Origin: the human T2T-CHM13v2.0 reference genome, Homo sapiens
Direction: 5' to 3' (one strand)
DNA: 64,000 nt
NCBI RefSeq assembly: GCF_009914755.1
Contig: NC_060934.1
Shown here: positions 1-17,761 of the stretch, piece after piece
Layout: each line of letters begins with the position of its first letter
Numbering within the stretch: the stretch's first letter is position 1
The notes under the pieces: model-generated
What the model was told of the DNA's origin: nothing
What the model saw: only the letters and a program-made list of their open reading frames with translations
The model's database searches: none
Position numbers and translations under genes: made by a program

Positions 1-1083
1 TCCACTTCATGTGAAAATATCAAAGCAGTTAACACACGTGCAGTGATTTTTACAAGCGTTCGCGGGAAATCTTCCATGGGCTTTGGCCATCAGCAGTAGT
101 CATCTTAGCAATGCTATAATAATGACGTGCATTTCTTGCCTCCATATTTCCTTTATCTCTTTCTGGTTTTGATGAATAATGACAGGTTCTTGGCTTGTTT
201 ATCTTTTTGTTTTTCCCTCTGCCATGTGTGTTCCTACTCCTGCCTACTTACAGGTTTCAGGAAGCTTCCTGGGCTCTGGAAGTTTGCTGATCTGATCACC
301 AGATTTCATTCACTCATGTAGCAAACAGTCAAGGAGACCCAAGTATGTGCCACACTCTCAGATATGCTGGTTCCTTGGCGAAATCACGTTAACTGGTTTG
401 CAAAAGGAGTTTGTGCTGATTTCTCTGTGTTTCTGTGTTTATATGAGCCCAAACACAATAACCTAGTTGTATTATTTCCTGGGTGAATACTTGAATTCTT
501 TTGCTTTTCTTTTTCAAAAGAATACCAATACATTTTTAGCATATATATAGGAGATCGTAAGTCTGGCATAAGTCTTGTCTCTAACAGCCCCCCTTGGATA
601 TCTGAGAGAGTAAATGTTTTCAAAGTTATTTTATTTCTGAATGCTATGGTTTTTCTCTCTCACGTCAGTTTCCTTTTTCTTTTTGACTGAAGTCTATTTT
701 TCCCTCAGGCGGCCATTGCCAAGGGATTACATTATGGGTTTACAGTAACCATAACAGAAAGTTTTTCTTCTGTTCACCACCCATCTGCAGAATTGCAGGA
801 AGCCAACTCTCAACTCTGCCCCCTTTGTTCCTGGGGTTTGAGGTGGTGCCTGATGTGCACTCACAAATGCAGATTTCCAGGCCACTGTGTGGGACCCTTC
901 TCTTCTGTCATGTCCAGTGGTGGCTCTTTAGGCCCAATGCCACTGCCAAGATGTTCCTGGAGCTCTCACGTGGGCCATTTTGTGTTGTGAATGCGTCTGG
1001 AGTCAGGACCACCTACATAATTTTCAGGTCCTGGTACAAAATGAAAATGTAGACATCTTGTTTAGGAAAACTCTTAAGGCCAT

Positions 1084-1382
1084 GGCCAGTTGCAGTGGCT
1101 CACACCTGTAATCCCAGAACATTTGGAGGCCGAGGTGGGTGGATCACTTGAGGCAGGAGTTCGAGACCAGCCTGCCCAACATGGTGAAACACTATCTCTA
1201 CTAAAAATACAAATATTAGCCGGGTGTGATGGTGGGTGCCTGTAATCCCAGCTACTCAGGAGGCTGAGGCAGGAGAATCATTTGAACCCAGGAGGCAGAG
1301 GCTGCAGTGGTCCGAGATCACCCCTCTGCACTCCAGTCTGGGAGACAGAGCAAGATTCTATTTCAAAGAAAAAAAAAAAAAA
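1084..1382 (+). mobile_element. AluS element
   Basis: Full dimer with A-rich linker and poly(A); flanking duplication gaaaactcttaaggcca / gaaaactactaaggcca. Confidence 0.95.
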
Positions 1383-1394
1383 GAAAACTACTAA

Positions 1395-1665
1395 GGCCAG
1401 AAGTCTTGGCTCACCCCTGTAATCTCAGTGATTTGGGAGGCCAAGGTGAAAAGAGAGTTTGAGTCTCAGCTGGAGACCAGCCTGGGTAACTTAGTGAGAA
1501 CCTGTTTCTAGATAAAACTTAAAAAATTAGCTGGGCATGGTGGCAGACACCAGATACTCAAGGGGCTTAGGTGGGAGGAATTCAAGGCTGCAGTGAGCTA
1601 TGACAGCATTGCACTCCAGCCTGGGCAAGAGAGTAAGACCCTGTCTGGTGGGGGGAAAGAAAAAA
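1395..1665 (+). mobile_element. Old AluJ-like element
   Basis: Diverged dimer with ttcaaggctgcagtgagctatga and agaccctgtct. Confidence 0.85.
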
Positions 1666-2404
1666 CCTATTAAGAATTTCAAGATGGCAACAGCAGAGTG
1701 TTAAACCAAGTGTGAGTCCCTCCTGCACACACTGCATTCATCGTACACCGTGAAGCTGGCCCTCTCCCTGTCCCAGTTCATTCTCATTCTTCAGTTTGGG
1801 CTACATTGCTCTCTGGACCATGGGCGGGATGTCCTCGGTCTCCTCCCTTGACGTGGATGGTCACTGCACTGAAGTACAAAAGAAGGCATTCTACCCCTAT
1901 TTGCACTGAATGCTAATGCCAGGCCACAAAGCCGTGTTGCCTCGTGCCTTTGATTCCTTACAGTTTCACATCTTGGAACTGGCCACCACCTGAGCTTGTT
2001 TCCTCTCATTTTAGGTTATGTCTCTGGGAGGAAAGCAAAGGACGTTATGGAAGAAACAGGACACAGAAATATTATTATTCATCAAATAGAGTCTGTTTGG
2101 AAAATCTGGTATTCCCAGCACAATGTCAGGAGATATCCTAATCACAAAACAAAGTAGAAGACACAATCCGTGCTGACCTGGATCTCATAAGAATCTTTAG
2201 GTGAAGTAGACACCCAGTAAAGCAAACACAAGGAGGAATGCAATCCATTGTTAGTTTTTGTAGTATGGAATATAAGATTAAGAAAATTTCTAGAAGATAA
2301 AAAATTATGTGCTGGGGGGGGCAGTGGGGAGAGTCATGAAGCTATTACAAAAGAGAGAGGGTTTGAAGTGAGTCTGAAAGAATGTATAAACACTAGGTTG
2401 CCAG

Positions 2405-2620
2405 TAGAGAAATTATAGCTAACAATAACTTATTGCATATTCCAGAGTAGCTAGGAGAGAAGATTTGTAATGATCCCAACACACACACAAAATATACATG
2501 TTTGAGGTGATTGATAACTCAATTACCCTGAGTGGAACATGACACATTGTATATAGGTATCAAAAGATCACCTGTACCCCAAAAATATGTATAACTATTA
2601 TATGTCATTAAAATAAATAA
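2405..2620 (+). mobile_element. L1MA-type 3' end fragment
   Basis: aacaataacttattgcatattcc...tgtttgaggtgat...ctcaattaccctga...tgtacccc aaaaatatgtataactatta followed by an A-rich tail. Confidence 0.75.
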
Positions 2621-3044
2621 TTTTTAAGAGAAAACAAAATTAGATTGTAAAAATGAAAGGAAGGTGTGATTATAATCAACCTGGAAAGTCAGTTTTAGCT
2701 CCCAAGGAGCATGGGGCTGTGGATCTAGTTGTAAGGGCTGTTGCTGCTGAATAGACAGAGGTAGAGATGGAGTTGAGGTGGGGCAGGAGAGGTCCTGGCT
2801 GCCTGAGAAGACTGTGCTGGGAGCCACATCACAGCAGGTCTTGAGTTCCAGGCGCTTAACCCCTTCTTTTGTAGGAACCCTTGTAGGTGGTAACAGTGAC
2901 GTGGTGATGGAAGGGTAAATTTGGTCATGGTTTGGAGGAAAGAAAAACCTGAATCAGCAAAGCCAATACAACGGTATTATAGGTGACCCGCGAGAACATT
3001 GTTAGGGTGAGAATGACAAGTTTAGGCATTAAAAATGCCAATGA

Positions 3045-3333
<289 letters not shown>

Positions 3334-3343
3334 TTGCCATTGA

Positions 3344-3427
3344 GGCCTGGTGTGGTGGTTCACATCTGTAATCCCAACACTTTAGGAGGCTGAGGTGAGA
3401 GGATGGCCAGGAGTTCAAGACCAGCCT
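3344..3427 (+). mobile_element. Truncated Alu left arm
   Basis: ggcctggtgtggtggttcacatctgtaatcccaacactttaggaggctgagg...ggagttcaagaccagcc. Confidence 0.85.
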
Positions 3428-3649
3428 TCATTTTTATTTAACTAGTGTATTCTCATTTTACTAGTATATTAATTGTTTTTCAGGACAGACTATATTTCTT
3501 AATGTACCTGTTGTACTTTCTGTACAACTGTGTTATTCTACTCAACGTCAGAAGATGTGAATTTTTTTCACAGGGAAAAATAGCCATGGGAAGTAATATC
3601 TTTATATCTGTAGAACTTGTCTCCTGCCTCTGCTATTAGCTTATTCTAT

Positions 3650-3790
3650 TGTTTGTTCATGTGTCTCTCTATACCATTAGATAATGAACTCCTTGGAGAC
3701 ATCAAGAATGAGATTTTATTCACCTCTGTGTTCTCAGAAGACTGCACAGTGCCTGCCCATAAGAGCGCTCAAATATTGTTGGAATAAATT
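3650..3790 (+). mobile_element. L2 3' end
   Basis: tagataatgaactccttggag...cacagtgcctgcccataagagcgctcaaatattgttggaataaat. Confidence 0.65.
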
Positions 3791-4398
3791 AACAAAAGAA
3801 TAAGCACTACCAAGAACTGTCTTTAAGAAAACACACACCATATTTGTGTGACTGCAAAAGCAATCAGAAAAATTGGTAGGATAATTTCAAATTCCCCTCT
3901 TGAAGCAAAATCACACTTATAAGAAATGAAATCAATGTTTGGTTCACCTGTTTTAAACAAAAGGTACCAAACACAAATATAAAATAAAAATTAAATTTGT
4001 AAAGCCAAAGTATGTGTGTAAAGATAAATATCCACATGTACATGTCAACAATTTAAAATTTTTTATGTGTTTGGAAGGCTTTTTAAAAATCAGACCTAGA
4101 AAGAGGGCCAACTTAAAGGTATTTTTGAGAGTTTACTTTTGGTGTGACTCAGACAGTGTAGTATAGATGCAAGAGCTTGAGTTGGAGTGAGGAAATCAGT
4201 TCTTACTATTGTTGACTTGTTCTCTGACCTTATATATGTGCAGCATAATTCAATCATATTTTCAAATATTTATTCAAAACATTGCCCAAAGCATGTGTTT
4301 GATGATTCATTTAATCTTCTAGCATCTCAGTTTTCTAATCTTTGCAAAGGGAATAATAATACCTTTCTAACTCATCCCAAAAAACCATTTTGGAATGA

Positions 4399-5366
4399 TG
4401 AAGGGGTGGGTTGCCCCTCCACACCTGTGGGTGTTTCTCATTAGGTGGAATGACAGACTTGGAAAAGAAAAAAGACACAGAGACAAAATATAGAGAAAGA
4501 AATAAGGGGGCCCAGGGGACCAGCGTTCAGCATACGGAGGATCCCACCAGCCTCTGAGTTCCCTTAGTATTTATTGATCATTCTTGGGTGTTTCTCAGAG
4601 AGGGGGATGTGGCAGGGTCATAGGATAATAATGGAGAGAAGGTCAGCAGATAAACACGTGAACAAAGGTCTCTGCATCATAGACAAGGTAAAGAATTAAG
4701 TGCTGTGCTTTAGATATGCATACACATAAACATCTCAATGCCTTACAGAGCAGTATTGTTGCCCGCATGTCTCACCTCCAGCCCTAAGGCGGTTTTCCCC
4801 TATCTCAGTAGATGGAACATACAATCAGGTTTTATACCGAGACATTCCATTGCCCAGGGATGGGCAGGAGACAGATGCCTTCCTCTTGTCTCAACTGCAA
4901 AGAGGCATGCCTTCCTCTTATACTAATCCTCCTCAGCACAGACCCTTTATGGGTGTTGGGCTGGGGGACGGTCAGGTCTTTCCCTTCCCACGAGGCCATA
5001 TTTCAGACTATCACATGGGGAGAAACCTTGGACAATACCTGGCTTTCCTAGGCAGAGGTCCCTGTGGCCTTCCGCAGTGTTTGTGTCCCTGGGTAGTTGA
5101 GATTAGGGAGTGGTGATGACTCTTAAGGAGCATGCTGCCTTCAAGCATCTGTTTAACAAAGCACATCCTGCACAGCCCTTAATCCATTTAACCCTGAGTT
5201 GACACAGCATGTGTTTCAGAGAGCACGGGGTTGGGGTAAGGTTACAGATTAACAGCATCTCAAGGCAGAAGAATTTTTCTTAATACAGAACAAAATGGAG
5301 TCTCCTGTGTCTACTTCTTTCTATGCAGACACAGTAACAATCTGATCTCTCTTTCTTTTCCCCACA
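4399..5366 (-). repeat. 3' LTR (968 bp, LTR5_Hs-like, older CCCCTTCA-ending variant) with poly(A) signal
   Basis: Minus strand reads TGTGGGGAAAAG...CCACCCCTTCA; AATAAA at 4570-4575; direct repeat of 12895-13862. Confidence 0.97.
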
Positions 5367-5383
5367 TTTCCCCCTTTTCTTTT
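5367..5383 (-). other. Polypurine tract
   Basis: AAAAGAAAAGGGGGAAA immediately upstream of the 3' LTR on the minus strand. Confidence 0.9.
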
Positions 5384-5403
5384 CGACAAAACAGCCATCG
5401 TCA

Positions 5404-5460
5404 TCATGGCCCGTTCTCAATGGTCGCTGTCTCTTCAGAGCTGTTGGGTACACCTGCAGA
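5404..5460 (-). CDS. rec: rec coding exon 2 ([18 protein letters not shown])
   Basis: Acceptor ttgttAG at 5462-5461, then TCT GCA GGT GTA...GGG CCA TGA; in phase with coding exon 1. Confidence 0.9.
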   Translation of the reverse strand, partial: SAGVPNSSEETATIENGP

Positions 5461-7120
5461 CTAACAACAGACAAAACAGGCACACAAGGATTAATATGAA
5501 ATTTATAATCATAGTACTTCCGATGGTCTTAACCCAAGTGACAGGGTTAAGATTTGCGAGGCCATCAGCAACTCCTGCGATTGCCTCAGTTCCTGGCACC
5601 AAATTTAAATGGGCTTTTGATGTTTCAAAAATTTGTTCTTTTAATTTGGAAATGTCTAAAGTGAGATTATCTTCTCTTCCCTGTAGATGGCGTCTAACCA
5701 TGTCCCAGTGATGCTCAGACTCATTATAAACTTGGGGTGTAATACAAAAATCTGACGTATTCCAGTCACACTGTAACTGGAAACGATGTTCTAAGCTCAT
5801 GAGCCTGTCTCCCATCCAAATGACAGCTTGTCTAAGATCATTAATTTGATTTGCCATTTTTTGATCAATACCAGATTGCGAATTCCACAATCTCGTAGAA
5901 TTCTTTTGCCAATCATTAACAAAGTTTACTGACTGAACAGAAGAGTGCAACGCAACTCCTGCTATAGCAGCCATAGCTGTGACTGCAATTAATCCCATAA
6001 TCACTGTAATTAAAGTAAAAATGAATCTTTTGGATCTATTTAAAATGCCTTTTAATACTTCAGTCAAAACATGGACGGATGGCGAGGCCTCCCACGGTTG
6101 GTCCATGGACACAGGGATCCGCATGCCTTCTCTTGCTCTCACCAGCAGAATACGGTGCTGCCAAATAAAAGTTGAATCAATGCAAGTAAACAATCTGCAA
6201 TTTTCACAGGTTATAGTTTGGGAGTCTGGTTTAATAACTATATTTCCTACAACTAGCATATAAGGGGTCTTTACGCAACTTTGTAAAGGAACCGTTAGAC
6301 TGGAATTTAGGTCGATAGTATAAAATGGCTTACAATCCCTTGTTTCTAAAGTTTGATTTCCAGACCAAATTCTAATGTGGTATGAGGCTAAGTAAGCCTC
6401 CATAATTCTCAATGTTCAGGACCAGAAACAGGACTTCTTATTTTTGGTCTTGGGGTAGAGATTCCTTTTTCTCCCCATTCCCAAGGATAGAAAGACTATA
6501 ATTTTTTATGCTTATGTTTGTCTAAACTTTCTGTTAAGTCGCTATCAACAGCTGGACTCACTTGTGCACTGGGACACGACTGAGTTTGCCCTGTGCAATC
6601 ATGGTAGAATTGACCTCAAGGTGCCCAATCTATAATAGTTCCAAATTCATTGTTTTGTAATATCACCGCACTATTGGCCACACATTCTTCCCAAACTAAA
6701 ACTTCTGTATTTTTTGATCCTTTGGGAATTTCCTTGGGGCAAGGTTTCCCTTTAGGTCTAAACTTTAATGATCTTTGATAAGAAAAGTCTTGTAAATAAT
6801 TTACCCGTGGCCTGAGTGACATCCCACTTACCATGTAAGAAATGATTCTACTGATGGGACTGACAGTAGGTCCTTCTACCAACCAATTTTGGACTGCAGG
6901 CATTAAGCATCCTGGTGCTCTCCCTAGGCAAATAGGAGGATAATGATACCCAGTGGAAATATTTATCATCATCACTTCTTCCTCAGGTTTGGCAGGGCAG
7001 CGATCATCTGTGGGGCCAGGTACGCATACACTCTCATTAACATATACTTCTATAGGATTATCCATCCATGTGACTGCCCAAATTAAGGGCGGGAAAGGCA
7101 CATATGCCCAGTAGGTATAA

Positions 7121-12759
<5,639 letters not shown>

Positions 12760-12874
12760 TGTCACCCTAGCTTCGTCCGAGCGCACTGTAAGGCTGACTG
12801 TAGACGTACTCGGGATCTCTCGTCGACTTGTCCTCAATGACCATGCTCGAGCGTACCTTCACCCTAGAGAAAAG

Positions 12875-12892
12875 CCCCCACATTGGGCACCA
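12875..12892 (-). other. Primer binding site, tRNA-Lys
   Basis: TGGTGCCCAATGTGGGGG two nt after the 5' LTR; 15/18 match to the tRNA-Lys(CUU) complement TGGCGCCCAACGTGGGGC. Confidence 0.9.
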
Positions 12893-12894
12893 GA

Positions 12895-13862
12895 TGAAGG
12901 GGTGGGTTGCCCCTCCACACCTGTGGGTGTTTCTTGTTAGGTAGAACGAGAGACTTGGAAAAGAAAAAGACACAGAGACAAAGTATAGAGAAAGGAATAA
13001 GGGGGCCCAGAGGACCAGCATTCAGCATACGGAGGATCCCGCCAGCCTCTGAGTTCCCTTAGTATTTATTGATCATTTTTGGGTGTTTCTCAGAGAGGGG
13101 GATGTGGCAGGGTCATAGGATAATAATGGAGAGAAGGTCAGCAGATAAACACGTGAACAAAGGTCTCTGCATCATAGACAAGGTAAAGAATTAAGTGCTG
13201 TGCTTTAGATATGCATACACATAAACATCTCAATGCCTTACAGAGCAGTATTGTTGCCCACATGTCCCACCTCCAGCCCTAAGGCGGTTTTCCCCTATCT
13301 CAGTAGATGGAACATACAATTGGGTTTTATACCGAGACATTCCATTGCCCAGGGACAGGCAGGAGACAGATGCCTTCCTCTTGTCTCAACTGCAAAGAGG
13401 CATGCCTTCCTCTTATACTAATCCTCCTCAGCACAGACCCTTTACGGGTGTCGAGCTGCGGGACGGTCAGGTCTTTCCCTTCCCACGAGGCCATATTTCA
13501 GACTATCACATGGGGAGAAACCTTGGACAATACCTGGCTTTCCTAGGCAGAGGTCCCTGTGGCCTTCTGCAGTGTTTGTATCCCTGGGTAGTTGAGATTA
13601 GGGAGTGGTGATGACTCTTAAGGAGCATGCTGCCTTCAAGCATCTGTTTAACAAAGCACATCCTGCACAGCCCTTAATCCATTTAACCCTGAGTTGACAC
13701 AGCATGTGTTTCAGAGAGCCTGGGGTTGGGGGTAAGGTTATAGATTAACAGCATCTCAAGGCAGAAGAATTTTTCTTAATACAGAACAAAATGGAGTCTC
13801 CTATGTCTGCTTCTTTCTATACAGACACAGTAACAATCTGATCTCTCTTTCTTTTCCCCACA
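12895..13862 (-). promoter_or_regulatory. 5' LTR (968 bp) with TATA-like TATAAAA
   Basis: Direct repeat of the 3' LTR; TATAAAA at 13325-13331 (minus); followed by the PBS. Confidence 0.97.
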
Positions 13863-14766
13863 GAATGATACTGAAAGCATCTCAAAAATAAAATCACGAG
13901 TATCTGCAGGTAATGCATCAGCATTTTTATTAAGCCCTCTTATTTGAAAGTCACTGCTTTGAACTGGATTGGATGACCCAGTGGCTTGTGTGGGAGTTGG
14001 GCTGGAGAAGGTTGATGGTTGATAGTAGGCAAGCTGGTTTTCTCCTGCTGTGATTTTGTTACCTCTGTGGAGTGCTTTTGATTTTTCTTATCAACTGCAG
14101 TGACTCAGATGGGTTGACAATCTCTCCAAACAAAATGTGTACTTTTTCTACCCGTGAGTTTGGCCTGGTCCCAGAAATTCACTCTAGACATGTAGAACTA
14201 TATGATAAGAGAGTTGGAAAAGAGCTCATCTATCTAGTCCAAAACTGTAATGAATTCGTGGGTCATGAAATCTATTTAATGGGTCGTGGCCAACATTTAG
14301 AAAATATAGATTAGACCAGAAAAATATCAGAGTTTTGCAATCTTTCATTTCAGCTACATGTGTGTATCACAGTGTGAAATGTTTCTTGCTACCAAACATT
14401 TTTGCAAAATACTAATAGTTCTATTCCCATATCTGACAAATGAAAGTAAGGAGCCCAGAAAAGTAGTGTTAAGTATTCTATTTAGAGACACCCAGGACAT
14501 AAATTCAAATGTCCAGACTTCTGGTTTAGTTCTTTTTCCATTTTGGAGATCTGGAATGATACAATAGAAGGAATAGTGAAGGACATAAGTTCAAGTCTGG
14601 TGCTTAAAAACTGTATAAAGTGCAAGTTGCTTACTCCATACCCTTCATTATTCTCATTTCTAAAATAAGGTAAATGAAACTGTCCATTTCCTTACTAGAT
14701 TATTGGAAGAACTACCAAATACAGATAAAGCAAAAAAATGTCCAATGAAAAAATCTGCAAACCTGC

Positions 14767-14788
14767 TGTGTGTGTGTGTGTGTGTGTG
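14767..14788. repeat. (TG)n microsatellite
   Basis: About 11 TG units. Confidence 0.95.
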
Positions 14789-14999
14789 GTCTTAATATTA
14801 CTCTTCTATATTCTTTCCCGTAGACAAAATTTTTTATTTTTTTGATTCTTAATTTCTCCTTTTCTTCTACGCTTTAATGTGTTTCTTTATCTTTGAGCAT
14901 CATCTGGCAATAAACATTTTTTGGTATTTGCCAGAATGCCATAATTTCCAAAGCATTTTCTCACTTAAAAATATTTAAAAATGCACAACAGGTTGAGGA

Positions 15000-17500
15000 A
15001 AATCCAATATACCATAAATATATCCAATATACCATAAATATATGTGTATTTGGGATATTGGATACATACCAAATATACATATATTTATATTTGATATATT
15101 GGATTTTAAATATAGTAAATATATGTTATATAAATATAACATATACCTATATAACATATCTGTTAGGTAAATATACCTATAGGTATATAGGTAAATATAC
15201 CTATAGGGGTATATAGGTAAATATACCTATAGGGGTATATAGGTAAATATACCTATAGGGGTATATAGGTAAATATACCTATAGGGGTATATAGGTAAAT
15301 ATACCTATAGGGGTATATAGGTAAATATACCTATAGGGGTATATAGGTAAATATACCTATAGGTATATAGGTATATTTACCTAACAGATGTGTCATATAG
15401 GTATATGTTATATAGGTATATATTATATTTATATAACGCATATGTTATATTTATATAATATATGTTATATACGTATATTTACATATACATGTTATATAGG
15501 TATATTTATACAACATAATATAATACATATATTTATATAAATATACATGTTATATATGTATATTTACATACACATATATGTTATATAGGTATATTTACAT
15601 ATACATATATATTATACAGCTACATTTAATATATAAATATACCTATATAACATATATGTAATGTAGGTATATTTATACATATATGTTATATAGGTATATA
15701 ACATGTTATATAGGTAGATTTACATAACATGTTATATAGTTATATTTATATATACATATAATTTATATTTACATAACATTTTATATGGATATATTTATAC
15801 ATAGGTTATATGGGTATATTTACATATATGTATATATAACATAGGTTATATGGTATATGTAAATATATGGGTATATTTACATGTACAAATATGTACATGT
15901 TATATATAGATATGTATTATATATACACGTTATATATGTATATATAACGTGTATATATGTCAATGTATATATGTATACGTATAGATGTATACATATATGT
16001 ATACATTATCTGGGTAGATTTACAAAACATATATACTATATAGGTATATTTACATATATGTAAATAATACCCATATACCCATAACATGTTATATGTATAT
16101 ATACTATACATATATATTTATATACATGTACATATGTATGTATACATACATATGTATATATGCATATGTAAATATACATATATTTACGCTATACATATAT
16201 ACATCTATACATGCATATACATGTATATATGTGGATATACATATGTATATACATATATGTACATATAGATGTATGTATATGCATATATATACATGTATGT
16301 ATATGCATATATACATGTATATGTACATATATAATATAGGTATATGCATGTATATATGTCTACATATATGTATGTATACATATATGTATACATATGCATA
16401 CATATGTACATACGCATATGTATACATATGCATGCATGTATATGCATATGTATACATGCATACACATGTACACATATGTATACATACATGCATATACCTA
16501 TATTATATATGTACATATACATACATGTATATATGCATATGTATATACATATGTATACATATATATATGCATATGTATATACATATGTATACACATATAT
16601 GTATATGCATACATTTATGCATGTACATGTATACACATATATGCATATATATGTATATACATATATATGCATTTATGGATGTATATATGTATAGATATGT
16701 CTATGCATGTAAATATATGTATATATGTATGCATATATACGTATATATGTATGCATATATACACATGTATATTATATACATGTATATAATATACATATGT
16801 ATGCATATGTACATATAGCATATATACATATATGTATAACACATGTTATGGGCATATTTACAGACATGGGTATATATAACATATGTTATGGGTATATGGA
16901 TATTTACATATACATATATGTATATGTAAATATACATATATGCATATTTAACATGTATGTATATGTAAATATACCTATATAGCATATGTTATGTAAATCC
17001 ACCCAGATAACATGTTAATATACCCATATAACATGTTTTGTAAGTATACCCATATAACATATATGTATATTTATATAAATATGTAAATATGTGTATATAT
17101 ATTAAATATGTTATATAAATATACCTACATAACATATACGTATATGTAAATATACCTATATAACATACAGGTATATTTATATAGATATATAAATATACGT
17201 ACATTGGTATAAATATATATAAATATATAAATATACGTACATTGATATAAATATATAAATGTATAAGTATACGTACATTTATATAAACATAAATGTAGAA
17301 ATATATAAATGTACATATATTTATATAAAAATGTATACATATATAAATGTGTACATATATTTATATATATAAATGTATATATAAATATATCAATATATGT
17401 ATAAATATACGTATATTTATATAAATATACATATAAATATAAGTATAAATATATATATTTTTATATAAATATATGTATATAAATATATTTATATAAATAT
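15000..17500. repeat. AT-rich low-complexity array (TA/TATG/CATA) with nested inverted repeats
   Basis: About 2.5 kb of degenerate TATATG/CATATA; source of the spurious Y/I/M/C/H-rich ORFs in the track. Confidence 0.97.
15185..15360. repeat. 26-bp minisatellite ATATAGGTAAATATACCTATAGGGGT, 6 perfect copies plus a partial
   Basis: Units start at 15185, 15211, 15237, 15263, 15289, 15315; partial unit at 15341. Confidence 0.93.
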
Positions 17501-17726
17501 AGAGATGGAATTTTTTTATCTAGTTCTACAATTTCTTAGTTTGTTTTCTAAGTAATTAATATTGATCAAATTGCTTTTGGCAAGATTATTTCTAATCAAA
17601 TACATCATTATAGTCAACTTGTCATATAGCAATGTCATGTACTCTAAAATCAGTGATTTTCAAAGTCTACACCTGCTCATTTGGTAAATCACCACACCTC
17701 CTGATTCCAGTTATCTTCTTCTTCAG

Positions 17727-17761
17727 ATCACTATGAGACTGGACTGGAACATTACCTTCAG
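17727..17761 (+). ncRNA. LINC00707: Candidate small internal exon of the host lncRNA
   Basis: Pyrimidine tract and acceptor tcttcttcttcAG|, possible donor CAG|GTGTGT; I recall atgagactggactggaacat as LINC00707 transcript sequence (unverified); donor position uncertain. Confidence 0.4.

Larger units (their letters stand above)
1004..1764. mobile_element. MER45A-like hAT DNA transposon relic split by two Alus
   Basis: caggaccacctacataatttt...caaaatgaaaatgt (1004-1070) and ttaagaatttcaagatggcaacagcagagtgttaaaccaagtgtg...tgaagctggccct (1670-1764) match the two halves of the recalled MER45A consensus, with degenerate CAGGGCC-type termini. Confidence 0.7.

Noticed and set aside
4738-5116. Plus-strand ORFs duplicated at 13233-13611
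   Set aside because: Short antisense frames of the two LTR copies; the duplication reflects the LTRs
5916-6008. Conotoxin-like (CTXLP) alternative frame in env
   Set aside because: Reads [24 protein letters not shown]; two of the six knot cysteines are Tyr, and upstream env is broken
15185-15360. CRISPR-like array of palindromic 26-mers
   Set aside because: Units are contiguous with no unique spacers, there are no cas genes, and the DNA is primate
15881-17340. Long Tyr/Ile/Met/Cys/His-rich ORFs
   Set aside because: Artefacts of TA/TG low-complexity sequence, open in many frames on both strands
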